Positions 10,266 to 18,854 of a DNA stretch of 64,000 nucleotides are shown piece by piece. Source of the DNA: Pedobacter sp. Lineage in GTDB: Bacteria > Desulfobacterota > Desulfuromonadia > Desulfuromonadales > Syntrophotaleaceae. The stretch covers positions 192,001-256,000 of the forward strand of contig JBFWJC010000004.1 in the NCBI GenBank assembly GCA_050253415.1. The letters run 5' to 3'. Below the pieces are notes generated by a model that saw only the letters and a list, made by a program, of their open reading frames with translations, did no database searches and had not been told where the DNA came from. Both the position numbers and the translations under genes were made by a program. Each line of letters opens with the position of its first letter. Position 1 is the stretch's first letter.

Positions 10266-11194
10266 AAACGCCCCTGATGCTGATAGTCGCAGCCCTGCTG
10301 GTCGTAAGCTTTTTGCAATCCCCGATGTTCATCGTCGAGGAAGGCGAACAGGCCCTGGTTACCCAGTTCGGCAAACCGGTCAGCGATGTACTCGGACCCG
10401 GCCTGCACTGGAAAATCCCCTTCATACAGAGTGTGCATCGGTTCGAAAAGCGGATTCTTAAATGGGACGGTGATCCCAACCAGATTCCGACCAAGGATAA
10501 ACGCTACATCTTCCTGGACACCACCGCCCGCTGGCGCATCGCCGACCCCTTGCTGTTCTTCAAGACCGTCGCCACCCAGCGCGGCGCCCAGAGCCGGCTC
10601 GACGACATCATCGATTCGGTGGTGCGCGACGCGGTGTCCGGCCACCTGCTGGTGGAACTTGTACGCGGCAGCGATTATCGCGCCCCCGGCAGTTCGGTTG
10701 AAGAGATCGAGATTGAAGGCGTACCCGTAGCCGCCGATCAACTGGTCGGTCGCGAGGAGATCCTGACCAATCTGCTGGAAAAGGCCCGCGCCAGTACTCC
10801 GGAATACGGCATTGAGCTCATCGACGTACAGATCAAGCGCATCAACTACGTGGAACAGGTGCGCAAACGCGTCTACGAACGCATGATCTCCGAACGTAAA
10901 AAAGTCGCCGCCCAGTTCCGCAGCGAGGGCGAAGGGGAAAAAGCCGACATCCTCGGCCAGATGGATAAGGAGCTGAAAAGCATCACGTCCGAAGCCTACC
11001 GACAGGCAGAGGAAATCCGCGGCAAGGCCGACGCCGAAGCGGCCTCCATCTATGCGTCAGCTTACGGCAAAGACCGCGAATTCTACACCTTCCTGCGTAC
11101 CCTCGAATCGTATCGCAAGGCCGTTGGCAAAAACGGCAAGCTCGTGCTTACGACCGACAGCGATTTTTTCCATTACCTGCAGAAAAGCCGGTAA
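10262..11194 (+). CDS. hflC: FtsH protease modulator HflC
   Basis: SPFH domain, RMISER, FLRTLESY, DSDFFHYL; ATGA overlap with hflK. Confidence 0.92.
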   Translation: MKTPLMLIVAALLVVSFLQSPMFIVEEGEQALVTQFGKPVSDVLGPGLHWKIPFIQSVHRFEKRILKWDGDPNQIPTKDKRYIFLDTTARWRIADPLLFFKTVATQRGAQSRLDDIIDSVVRDAVSGHLLVELVRGSDYRAPGSSVEEIEIEGVPVAADQLVGREEILTNLLEKARASTPEYGIELIDVQIKRINYVEQVRKRVYERMISERKKVAAQFRSEGEGEKADILGQMDKELKSITSEAYRQAEEIRGKADAEAASIYASAYGKDREFYTFLRTLESYRKAVGKNGKLVLTTDSDFFHYLQKSR

Positions 11195-11211
11195 GTCAAC
11201 GCGCTGGAATA

Positions 11212-11256
11212 ATGCAAAAAGGCTCAACCCGGTTTTCGGGTTGAGCCTTTTTGCAT
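11212..11256. terminator. Terminator after hflC
   Basis: 20-bp perfect inverted repeat ATGCAAAAAGGCTCAACCCG / CGGGTTGAGCCTTTTTGCAT. Confidence 0.85.
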
Positions 11257-11513
11257 CTTACGTACAAAGGTGACCTGACAACAATAAAACAGAGACTTTT
11301 TATGCGCTCTCCATAGCTGGGTTCTCAACAGGATCAAGACATACGGCGCCATTAAAAAGGCAAGCGGCTGTAATAAAGTCCCTGAAAAGTCGCAACATAT
11401 TTAATAAACGGCGCTCTTCAATTTCCGGCGCCAGTCTCAGTCAAGACATTTTCTTTATTGCGGACAACAACATTCTATTCAACTCCGGAAAAACATACCG
11501 AACCTGGTGACAT

Positions 11514-11543
11514 AAAAAATCCCCGGACCACGAGGCCCGGGGA
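11514..11543 (-). terminator. Terminator of the porin gene
   Basis: GC stem TCCCCGG..CCGGGGA followed by a T run on the minus strand. Confidence 0.65.
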
Positions 11544-11625
11544 GATGGATAGTCGGCAGGTAAATCCTAAAAATAGTGAACGCGATTAACCGACCCAATT
11601 TTTCACAAAAAGAATTCGGATGCAA

Positions 11626-12990
11626 TTAGAACTGGAAGCGGATACGCGCGTCGGTACGGAAGACGTCGTCACCGTCGCCGTCAGTAGCGATAGCTTTCCA
11701 GGCGTCACCGGCAATCAGGTACCCGGCGTTAATATCGGCGGTCAAACCTTTCATGATGGTGTAGCTGGCGCCCAGCACGAACTCATGACCAATTTCGTCA
11801 TCACCAAGCCATGTGTCTTCGGCGGTATTGTGCCAGAAGTACTTGGCCCAGATCTTGGTCTTGGCATTAAGCTTATGGTCGACGCCGGCATAGATCATCT
11901 TGTAGCCCTGGTCGAAAAGATAGGGCGCCTGGCTCAAGGAATTATCGTCGCAGTAGTTATCGAAGATGATGACCGAACCGAAGATCGAGGTGGCGATGTC
12001 GATAACATCGAAGTTTTCGGTATCGTCGTCAAAGGGGTCTTCATCCCCGGAAGCGTACAGACCGCCAATGATGAAGGTGTTTTTAGCGACGGTATAATCG
12101 AGTTGGCCATGGAACAGGAAAGCACTGCGATCCGAGGTGTAGTCACCCTCGGATACTTCACCGGTCAAATAAATACCGGTAAACATGCCGGACAATTCGT
12201 TCCATTTGCCTTTACCCGACAGACCAAGCCAGATCTCTTCGTCCTGAACTTCATCGGTAGGTATAAAGGTATCGCCAATGGTAACGCCGATGGTCTCCTT
12301 CCCCTGGTCCATGTAAACAACAAAAGCGTTCAGGCTGTTGCCATTGTCGAAAACGTAGGTCAGGTCGGCGGCATAAGCATCGTTGTATTCGGTTTTGTCG
12401 TCAGCCACATTGTCGCTGTTGCTGTCGATCCAATCGTTACGGAACCAGCCGAGGGAGTAAGCCCAGTTGCCAGTTTTGCGGGTCCACTTGACGCCGCCGG
12501 CGTTGTCGGACCACAGCAGAGCGTTGTAGCCAACAGGCTGCAAGCCGACAGTCAGGCGCGAAGCGGGATCGAAGGGCAGTTCGATATCGGTATATGCCCA
12601 ACGCAATTCGAACACATTATCATCTCCACCAAAGTCGGCGCCTTTTCCACCGAATTTAGAGGAACCGAATTCGAAACCAACCACACCCTTGACCTTTTTC
12701 TCGTCGTCGGATACGACCATGTGCATGCGGTACTTGATCTCGCCGAAGAAATCGCTGTCGTTCTTCGATTTCTTGGTGTCGGGCAGGGTAATTTTACCCT
12801 TGGAGAAAAGAAAGCCGTTGCTACCCAGGTATTTCTCGCTGTCCTTGCTGGTGCGAACCGAGGTGTCGGCTTGAGTACTGAATGAAAAGCGGTTATTGAG
12901 GTCGCCATGCCATTCGACGTTGATGGCCATGGCGGGTACAGCCATGGCCAGAGCGATCAGAGTCGCCAGGACAATACGCATCTGTTTCAC
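11626..12990 (-). CDS. Outer-membrane beta-barrel porin (deltaproteobacterial type)
   Basis: Signal peptide ending AMA, alternating amphipathic strands, acidic loops, C-terminal Phe (RFQF). Confidence 0.8.
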   Translation of the reverse strand: MKQMRIVLATLIALAMAVPAMAINVEWHGDLNNRFSFSTQADTSVRTSKDSEKYLGSNGFLFSKGKITLPDTKKSKNDSDFFGEIKYRMHMVVSDDEKKVKGVVGFEFGSSKFGGKGADFGGDDNVFELRWAYTDIELPFDPASRLTVGLQPVGYNALLWSDNAGGVKWTRKTGNWAYSLGWFRNDWIDSNSDNVADDKTEYNDAYAADLTYVFDNGNSLNAFVVYMDQGKETIGVTIGDTFIPTDEVQDEEIWLGLSGKGKWNELSGMFTGIYLTGEVSEGDYTSDRSAFLFHGQLDYTVAKNTFIIGGLYASGDEDPFDDDTENFDVIDIATSIFGSVIIFDNYCDDNSLSQAPYLFDQGYKMIYAGVDHKLNAKTKIWAKYFWHNTAEDTWLGDDEIGHEFVLGASYTIMKGLTADINAGYLIAGDAWKAIATDGDGDDVFRTDARIRFQF

Positions 12991-13348
12991 GATTTAGTTC
13001 TCCTTCCATCTTAAAAAATGAAAATCCAACATTCTTGCGCGGGCAAAGGATGCCTCGCCACAAAAAACAGGGCAAAAAGCCACATGCTTTTTAATCCCCG
13101 GTGTGATACCGACAGGTTCGATGTGATAGAAAAAGGTGAGTTATTGACACAAGGTAGCCAGGCAACAACGCCCCGCACGTCGACCGGCACCTAAAGAGTG
13201 CAAAAAAACGGCTACAAATTATCACAATTATCATTAAGAAACAATTTTAAATTAATGAAAATGCGGGCATTGATGTAAAAAAATATTGCGGTTGCCAGTG
13301 TCAGAACCGCGAACGTCCCAGACATCTCCCGCAGCGGGTGCCTAGCGT

Positions 13349-13379
13349 CGACAGCGACTTCTTCCGCTACCTGCAAAAA
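13349..13379 (+). repeat. Diverged second copy of the hflC 3' end
   Basis: 26/31 nt identical to 11155-11185; translates DSDFFRYLQK versus DSDFFHYLQK. Confidence 0.7.
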
Positions 13380-13412
13380 CCGAAAATAAGTAATCTAATT
13401 TTCGTTCAAACC

Positions 13413-13456
13413 AACAAAAGCGGGGCAGTGAATCCACTGCCCCGCTTTTGTTTTTT
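13413..13456. terminator. Bidirectional terminator
   Basis: AACAAAAGCGGGGCAGTG / CACTGCCCCGCTTTTGTT inverted repeat. Confidence 0.85.
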
Positions 13457-13502
13457 AATAAGGGATAACTCTCCCTGAGTTCCGCCCCCTTTTCCCTCTA
13501 AA

Positions 13503-14039
13503 TCACAACACCTGCAACGATGACCAGGCCACCTCGCATTCCCCGGCCCCGGCGGCGACATAGGCCGAATCACCTGAAATAGTGACAGAAAGATCCATTG
13601 TACGCTGCGCAAGGTTGGCCAACGCCTGTATGCTGCCCCACGGGAACTGAAAAACCGACACCTTCAACCCTTTAAAATCTTCCCGACCTTTTTCCCACCA
13701 GACATCCGCCTTGGAATTAAAACTATAAACTTTAACTGCCGATGCAATGCGCGTCGCTTTCTTTATACGATCGACGGCCGGCTCCCCGACATCGATCCAC
13801 AGTGCGATTTTATCATCCAGAGTACGCGCCCAGATGTCGGGTTCCTCCGCGACGCTGATGCCCTTGGTGAAAACCAGATACTCCTGAGCGTTAATACAAA
13901 ACGCCAGCACGCGAGCCATCATGCGTTCAAGCGTTTCGGAGGGATGTTTGGCCAGGGTCAAATTGAGCGTATCGTAATAATTTCGGTCGAGATCGGACAA
14001 ATCAATGCGTAATTTATAAATGGTCGGTTTTAATGCCAC
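13503..14039 (-). CDS. yaeQ: YaeQ family protein
   Basis: MALKPTIYK, HPSETLERMMAR, EPDIW, LWIDVGEP. Confidence 0.92.
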   Translation of the reverse strand: MALKPTIYKLRIDLSDLDRNYYDTLNLTLAKHPSETLERMMARVLAFCINAQEYLVFTKGISVAEEPDIWARTLDDKIALWIDVGEPAVDRIKKATRIASAVKVYSFNSKADVWWEKGREDFKGLKVSVFQFPWGSIQALANLAQRTMDLSVTISGDSAYVAAGAGECEVAWSSLQVL

Positions 14040-14130
14040 AAAGAGCCTCTTCTAATCGTTAAATAAACGGCGCCGAGGTATGACAGCGCGACAAAACAAA
14101 CAATTGAAATCAAAAAATCAGGTTAAATCA

Positions 14131-14628
14131 TCAATAACTGGTTTTCGACCGGACCTCTTTTCGCAAGGCACTCCTGGAAGCTCTGTCAACCAGAGTAAAT
14201 AGCCTGTCGATAGCATCTTTTTCAGATGACAGATGATGGCCACGTACTTTAACAAAAGTACAGTTAAATTGATCGGTAATTCGGAAAAACGCCTGATACA
14301 GATCGGAATTATTGAGAGGCCTGTCGTTTTTGGAGCGGTAATTATTTTTTTCGAGTTGCTCACGTCTTTCATGTAAACCGATAATATTTTGAGAATCGGT
14401 ATACACCGTCAACGTGCCCACCGAGGCGGGGATGTCTTTTAACGCCCACAATAACGTCTGCAATTCCAACCGGGTCGAGGACGTATGCTCAAAACGCTGC
14501 ACCTTCACACTAGCCCTGAGTGACCCGGTGGAAAGATCGGTTTCCGTCACAGCAAGGTAAGCGCCATATCCGAGCTTTGACTGGACATGCACACTGCCAT
14601 CGATAAACAACATCACATCATTCAACAT
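14131..14628 (-). CDS. Ribonuclease HI-like protein
   Basis: FIDGS, RLELQ, VYTDSQ, VKVRGH and VDRASR acidic catalytic motifs; start uncertain. Confidence 0.8.
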   Translation of the reverse strand: MLNDVMLFIDGSVHVQSKLGYGAYLAVTETDLSTGSLRASVKVQRFEHTSSTRLELQTLLWALKDIPASVGTLTVYTDSQNIIGLHERREQLEKNNYRSKNDRPLNNSDLYQAFFRITDQFNCTFVKVRGHHLSSEKDAIDRLFTLVDRASRSALRKEVRSKTSY

Positions 14629-14672
14629 AAACATCTCATTTTCGGGGGAACACAAAACATGGATTCGCCCAT

Positions 14673-14706
14673 AAAAAAAGCGAGGCAGTCCAACCGCTGC
14701 CCCGCT
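14673..14706 (-). terminator. Terminator after the rhodanese fusion gene
   Basis: Minus strand AGCGGGGCAG..CTGCCTCGCT then T run. Confidence 0.75.
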
Positions 14707-14733
14707 GTTACCTTCGGTGTGAGCATGTTGCCC

Positions 14734-15576
14734 TTAATGGCCAGCCAGAAGATGGTCGAGACGCTCACTGAGCTGGCGCAGATGCTGGCGCTCCTGGTCG
14801 GCCAGGCGCAGGAAAACCTCCCTACTTTTCGGTTCGGATATATGGTTATACAGCAGCATATACCGATCGAGTGCATTGGATTCAAAACTGATGGCCAGCT
14901 CCAGCACCTCCTGTACGGGCTTGCCCTGCACCCATTTCAGAGCCTGATCCAACGTCACGCCCCCCTCCATCACCGTCTGGGTATCGCGTTCCTTCAACAC
15001 CGCCGGCGGCAGTTCACCACTGCTGCCGCGAATCCCTGAAAAGAGATTCATCAGGCTTTCTTTGTGCTGTTCCTCCACCTTGGCCATGCGCCGAAAAAAA
15101 TCGGCATCGTCGGACTTCTGGGCGGCATCGGCCTGTGCGGCATAAAACTGCCGGGTGCCATCCTCCAGCAGCCAGGCCAGGGCGATATGTTCCTCGGCTG
15201 AATGGGAAGGGTCGAACCATGCGGCGTTTAACTCCGGCTCGTTGACCGCGACCAGCCCCTCCCAGGCATTGATGCCACCGGACATGCTGTAAACTTCTTT
15301 GAAGCCGGCATTCATGAGGGCGGCCGCAGCCGCGCGGCTGCGCACTCCCGCTGCGCAGTAGGTGATGGTCGGCTTTTGCGGGTCGAGCTCCTTGAAGCGT
15401 TCCTCGATCTGGCGTACCGGAATCAAGGTGGCGCCCGGCAGGTGTCCGGCATCGTATTCCCCCAACTGTCGAACGTCGACCAGATTATATTCTTTGGCAG
15501 ACTTCTTTTGTAGGAATTCTCGCACCTGTTGAACCGACCAGGTAGCCACCGGTTTGAAGTAGTTCAGGATACTCAT
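14734..15576 (-). CDS. Rhodanese domain fused to a ferritin/rubrerythrin-like domain
   Basis: LVDVRQ..EY..GHLPGA, YCAAGVRS active-site loop; ExxH-type motifs (EEQH, ERQH); start overlaps the upstream stop. Confidence 0.8.
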   Translation of the reverse strand: MSILNYFKPVATWSVQQVREFLQKKSAKEYNLVDVRQLGEYDAGHLPGATLIPVRQIEERFKELDPQKPTITYCAAGVRSRAAAAALMNAGFKEVYSMSGGINAWEGLVAVNEPELNAAWFDPSHSAEEHIALAWLLEDGTRQFYAAQADAAQKSDDADFFRRMAKVEEQHKESLMNLFSGIRGSSGELPPAVLKERDTQTVMEGGVTLDQALKWVQGKPVQEVLELAISFESNALDRYMLLYNHISEPKSREVFLRLADQERQHLRQLSERLDHLLAGH

Positions 15577-16739
15577 TTCATTTCCTCCCGTGATTGATCG
15601 TTGGTCGGCACCGGATCGACATCGTCCAATTCTCCCGACAGCTGAAACCGGCACATGAAACGGCGATCGATCCAATCCTTGAATCGGAACGCCCAGCGCC
15701 CTTCCAGCGTCAATGAACCTTTGGCCAGAATCCCGTGCCCGTCACCCATGTTGAGAATCAACAGATAGCCTTTCTGGGGTGAAAACCGCAGCAGGGGCTG
15801 ATCTTCCAGAGCCGCCATCAGATTGCGGTAAAGTATCGGGTTTTCGCGCACCGCATAGACGCCAACCTTGTCCAGTGGCTGATCCTGAAAACAGATACAG
15901 TCACCGCCGCCAAACAGTTCGGGGTACGTCACCGACTGCAGGCAGGCGTTCACCAGCAGACCGCCGTCCGGACCTACGGGCAACCGCGACGCACGGAAGA
16001 TCCCGGAAGGTTGTACACCCGACGCACTCAAAGCCAGATCGTAGAGCACCACAGAGTTGTCATCCAGTACGGCACGGCCGTCCCCCACCGAACGGACGTG
16101 AGCCCCTTCGCGGACCACGATACCACGGCGCGTCAAGGATGCCAGGGCCCGAGAGCGAACCCGCTCGGAAAACCGCCCTAACAAGCGTTCGCCGGCGACC
16201 AGGGTAATCTCGACCCGGCCACCGGCCTGCTCGGCCAGGCGCCACAGGTTGCCGGAGATCTCCACCCCGGCCGCACCACCGCCTGCCACCAGCAGCTTGA
16301 CCGTCTGCCCGGGCAACCGCGCGAGCAATTCCCGACGCAACTCCATGAGATTGTGAATCGGCTTGACCGGCAGCACATCGGTGCGGGTGGCACCGATCCG
16401 GTCCAACGGTACTCCGCTGCCGGTATTGAACGAAGCCACGTGATAAGCTATCTGCTGCCCGGTATCGAGGATCAACGTGCGATTGTCGGCATCGATACGC
16501 ACCACCTCGCCCTCGATAAACTCGCCACCGCGCTCTTCGACCATGCGCCGCACGTTAAAACGTATCTGCTGCGGCCGATAGGTTCCGCCGAGCATCCCCG
16601 GCCCCATCCCCGAATAGTAGTGATAAGCGCTCGGACTGATCAGGGTAACGCGATGGCCCCGACTGACGTAATCATCAAGACGCCGCATAACGGTCATGTG
16701 GGCGTGGCCGCCGCCTACCAGAACAAGGTGCTGTTTCAT
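15573..16739 (-). CDS. FAD-dependent pyridine nucleotide-disulfide oxidoreductase resembling the domain found N-terminal to some SelD proteins
   Basis: LVGGGHAH, YSGM, GGGAAGVE, GGGDC, KVGVYAVR, FKDWIDRRFM. Confidence 0.8.
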   Translation of the reverse strand: MKQHLVLVGGGHAHMTVMRRLDDYVSRGHRVTLISPSAYHYYSGMGPGMLGGTYRPQQIRFNVRRMVEERGGEFIEGEVVRIDADNRTLILDTGQQIAYHVASFNTGSGVPLDRIGATRTDVLPVKPIHNLMELRRELLARLPGQTVKLLVAGGGAAGVEISGNLWRLAEQAGGRVEITLVAGERLLGRFSERVRSRALASLTRRGIVVREGAHVRSVGDGRAVLDDNSVVLYDLALSASGVQPSGIFRASRLPVGPDGGLLVNACLQSVTYPELFGGGDCICFQDQPLDKVGVYAVRENPILYRNLMAALEDQPLLRFSPQKGYLLILNMGDGHGILAKGSLTLEGRWAFRFKDWIDRRFMCRFQLSGELDDVDPVPTNDQSREEMK

Positions 16740-16916
16740 AAACTTTCCTCCCGTTTGTTCAGCATAGAATCGATTGCCGGGATGTCAATTTTTCGAAAGG
16801 ACAGGATAAGACTTCGCACTACGCCTTTACAAAAACCTGCCCATTCTTTACCATGATAAGGTCATGGATTTAACATGCTTTCAACAATATCTTTTCATCT
16901 TACAGGAGAACACATC

Positions 16917-17501
16917 ATGAAACATCTGATTTTCTTGCTGGTCACCCTGTTTATGGCCATCAATCTGTCCGGCTGCGGCTATAACCAGATTCAGCAAAAT
17001 GAAGAAGCGGTGATCGCCGCCTGGGCCGATGTGGAAGCGACCTATCAGCGGCGAGCCGACCTGATCCCCAATCTGGTGGCGACGGTCAAAGCCTATGCCG
17101 CCCATGAGCGGGAAACCCTGCAGGCCGTAACCGAAGCGCGCGCCCAGGTGGGCCAGGTTAAAATCAGCGCTGACCAGCTCAACGATCCCCAGGCCCTGGC
17201 CGGTTTTCAACAGGCCCAGTCACAGATGAGCGGCGCCCTCTCGCGACTGCTGGTGGTGGCCGAACGCTATCCGGATCTCAAAGCCAATCAAAACTTTGTC
17301 GATCTGCAGCACCAGCTCGAAGGGACGGAAAATCGCATCAACGTCGCCCGTCAGCGCTACAATCAGTCGGTCCAGGTTTTCAACAGTTCCATCCGGACCT
17401 TCCCCAACAACCTGACCAACAAATTCATGTTGCACCTGGAGCGGAAAACCCCCTTCCAGGCGGAAGCCGGCGCCAGCCAGGCGCCCAAGGTGAATTTCTG
17501 A
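16917..17501 (+). CDS. lemA: LemA family protein
   Basis: [32 protein letters not shown]. Confidence 0.92.
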   Translation: MKHLIFLLVTLFMAINLSGCGYNQIQQNEEAVIAAWADVEATYQRRADLIPNLVATVKAYAAHERETLQAVTEARAQVGQVKISADQLNDPQALAGFQQAQSQMSGALSRLLVVAERYPDLKANQNFVDLQHQLEGTENRINVARQRYNQSVQVFNSSIRTFPNNLTNKFMLHLERKTPFQAEAGASQAPKVNF

Positions 17502-17502
17502 C

Positions 17503-18210
17503 ATGCGGCGTCTTACCACCCTCATACTGGGTTTGTTACTCCTGTTTGCATCCGGGCTGCAAGCCCTGGAAGTACCGCCGACCACCGGTTACGTCAACGA
17601 CCGGGCCGGCATTTTGTCCCCAGCCACAAAGCAGCAACTGGAACAGGGGTTAAGCGAATTTGAGCGCAGCGACTCGACGCAACTGGTGGTGCTGACCATC
17701 CCTTCCCTGGAGGGGGAGGTATTGGAAGAATACAGCCTCAAGGTCGCCGAAAGCTGGGGTATCGGCCAGCGCGGCAAGGATAACGGCGCCCTGCTGCTCA
17801 TCGCCCGTGACGAGCGCAAGATCCGCATCGAGGTCGGCTACGGACTGGAAGGCCAACTCACGGATTTGCTGACCGGCCGCATCATCGACCAGGAGATCAC
17901 ACCGCGATTCCGCAGCGGCGACTACGACGGCGGCGTGATGGCGGGCGTCAACGCCATGGCGCAGGCGGTGCGTGGTGCGTATCAGGGTAAACCGACGAAA
18001 AAAAGAAGCTCCGGCGGGTTCTTTACCTTGCTGCTGTTTTTGGCCCCCTGGCTGCTGTTGGCCGGACCAAGACGCAGTTCCCGCCGACGCAGCGGTATCT
18101 GGTTCGGCGGCGGTGGATTCGGCGGCGGTGGAGGCTTCAGTGGTGGCGGTGGCGGATTTTCCGGTGGAGGCGGCGGGTTTGGCGGCGGCGGTTCCTCGGG
18201 CGGATGGTAG
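17503..18210 (+). CDS. TPM-domain (YgcG-like) membrane protein with Gly-rich tail
   Basis: WGIGQRGKDNG, RIEVGYGLEG, GGGFGGGGSSGGW. Confidence 0.9.
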   Translation: MRRLTTLILGLLLLFASGLQALEVPPTTGYVNDRAGILSPATKQQLEQGLSEFERSDSTQLVVLTIPSLEGEVLEEYSLKVAESWGIGQRGKDNGALLLIARDERKIRIEVGYGLEGQLTDLLTGRIIDQEITPRFRSGDYDGGVMAGVNAMAQAVRGAYQGKPTKKRSSGGFFTLLLFLAPWLLLAGPRRSSRRRSGIWFGGGGFGGGGGFSGGGGGFSGGGGGFGGGGSSGGW

Positions 18211-18221
18211 GAGGGAAATTC

Positions 18222-18854
18222 ATGAAAAACTCGACCGAAAAGTTCTTCTCAATCGAGGAGCAGCAACGCATCGAGCAGGCCGTGCAAGCCGCTGAAAAAA
18301 GTACCAGCGGCGAAATCGTGCCGATGCTGACGCCCTGTGCCTACGATTATCCCCGCGCCGAAATCATCGGTGGAGGCTTGTTTGCCCTGGCATCGGCCAC
18401 CACCCTGAGTTGGGGTTTTTTTGGCGAATCGCTGTGGGTGTTTCTGGCAGCATTTGTGCTGCTGTACCTGCCCTGCAAATGGATGATCCGGTTTTGCCCA
18501 CCGCTCAAGCGGTCCCTGATTACCGACCAGGAAATCACCGAGGAAGTCGCGGAAAAAGCGCTGATCTCGTTTTACGAACGCGAACTGCACCACACCCGTG
18601 ACAACACCGGCATTCTGATTCTCATCTGCCTGTTCGAGCATCGCGTGCAGATTCTGGCCGATCGCGGCATTAATGCCGTGGTCCCTCCCCACACCTGGGA
18701 TGCCATCGTCGCCGAGCTTACTGGCGGCATCCGCGAGGGGCGGGCCTGCGATGCCCTGTGCCTGGCTATCGAAAAATGCGGCGAGCTGCTGACCAAAAAC
18801 TTTCCGGTTCGTGATGACGATACCGACGAGTTGCCCAATCTGATTCTCGAGTAA
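18222..18854 (+). CDS. TPM-domain membrane protein
   Basis: AEKSTSGEI, TRDNTGILI, ILADRGI, DELPN; third gene of lemA cassettes. Confidence 0.85.
   Translation: MKNSTEKFFSIEEQQRIEQAVQAAEKSTSGEIVPMLTPCAYDYPRAEIIGGGLFALASATTLSWGFFGESLWVFLAAFVLLYLPCKWMIRFCPPLKRSLITDQEITEEVAEKALISFYERELHHTRDNTGILILICLFEHRVQILADRGINAVVPPHTWDAIVAELTGGIREGRACDALCLAIEKCGELLTKNFPVRDDDTDELPNLILE

Noticed and set aside
11620..12885. 421-aa plus-strand ORF
   Set aside because: Antisense shadow of the porin gene, which has a signal peptide, RBS and terminal Phe
18105..18207. GGC/GGT-rich tandem repeat
   Set aside because: Encodes the normal glycine-rich tail of TPM-domain proteins
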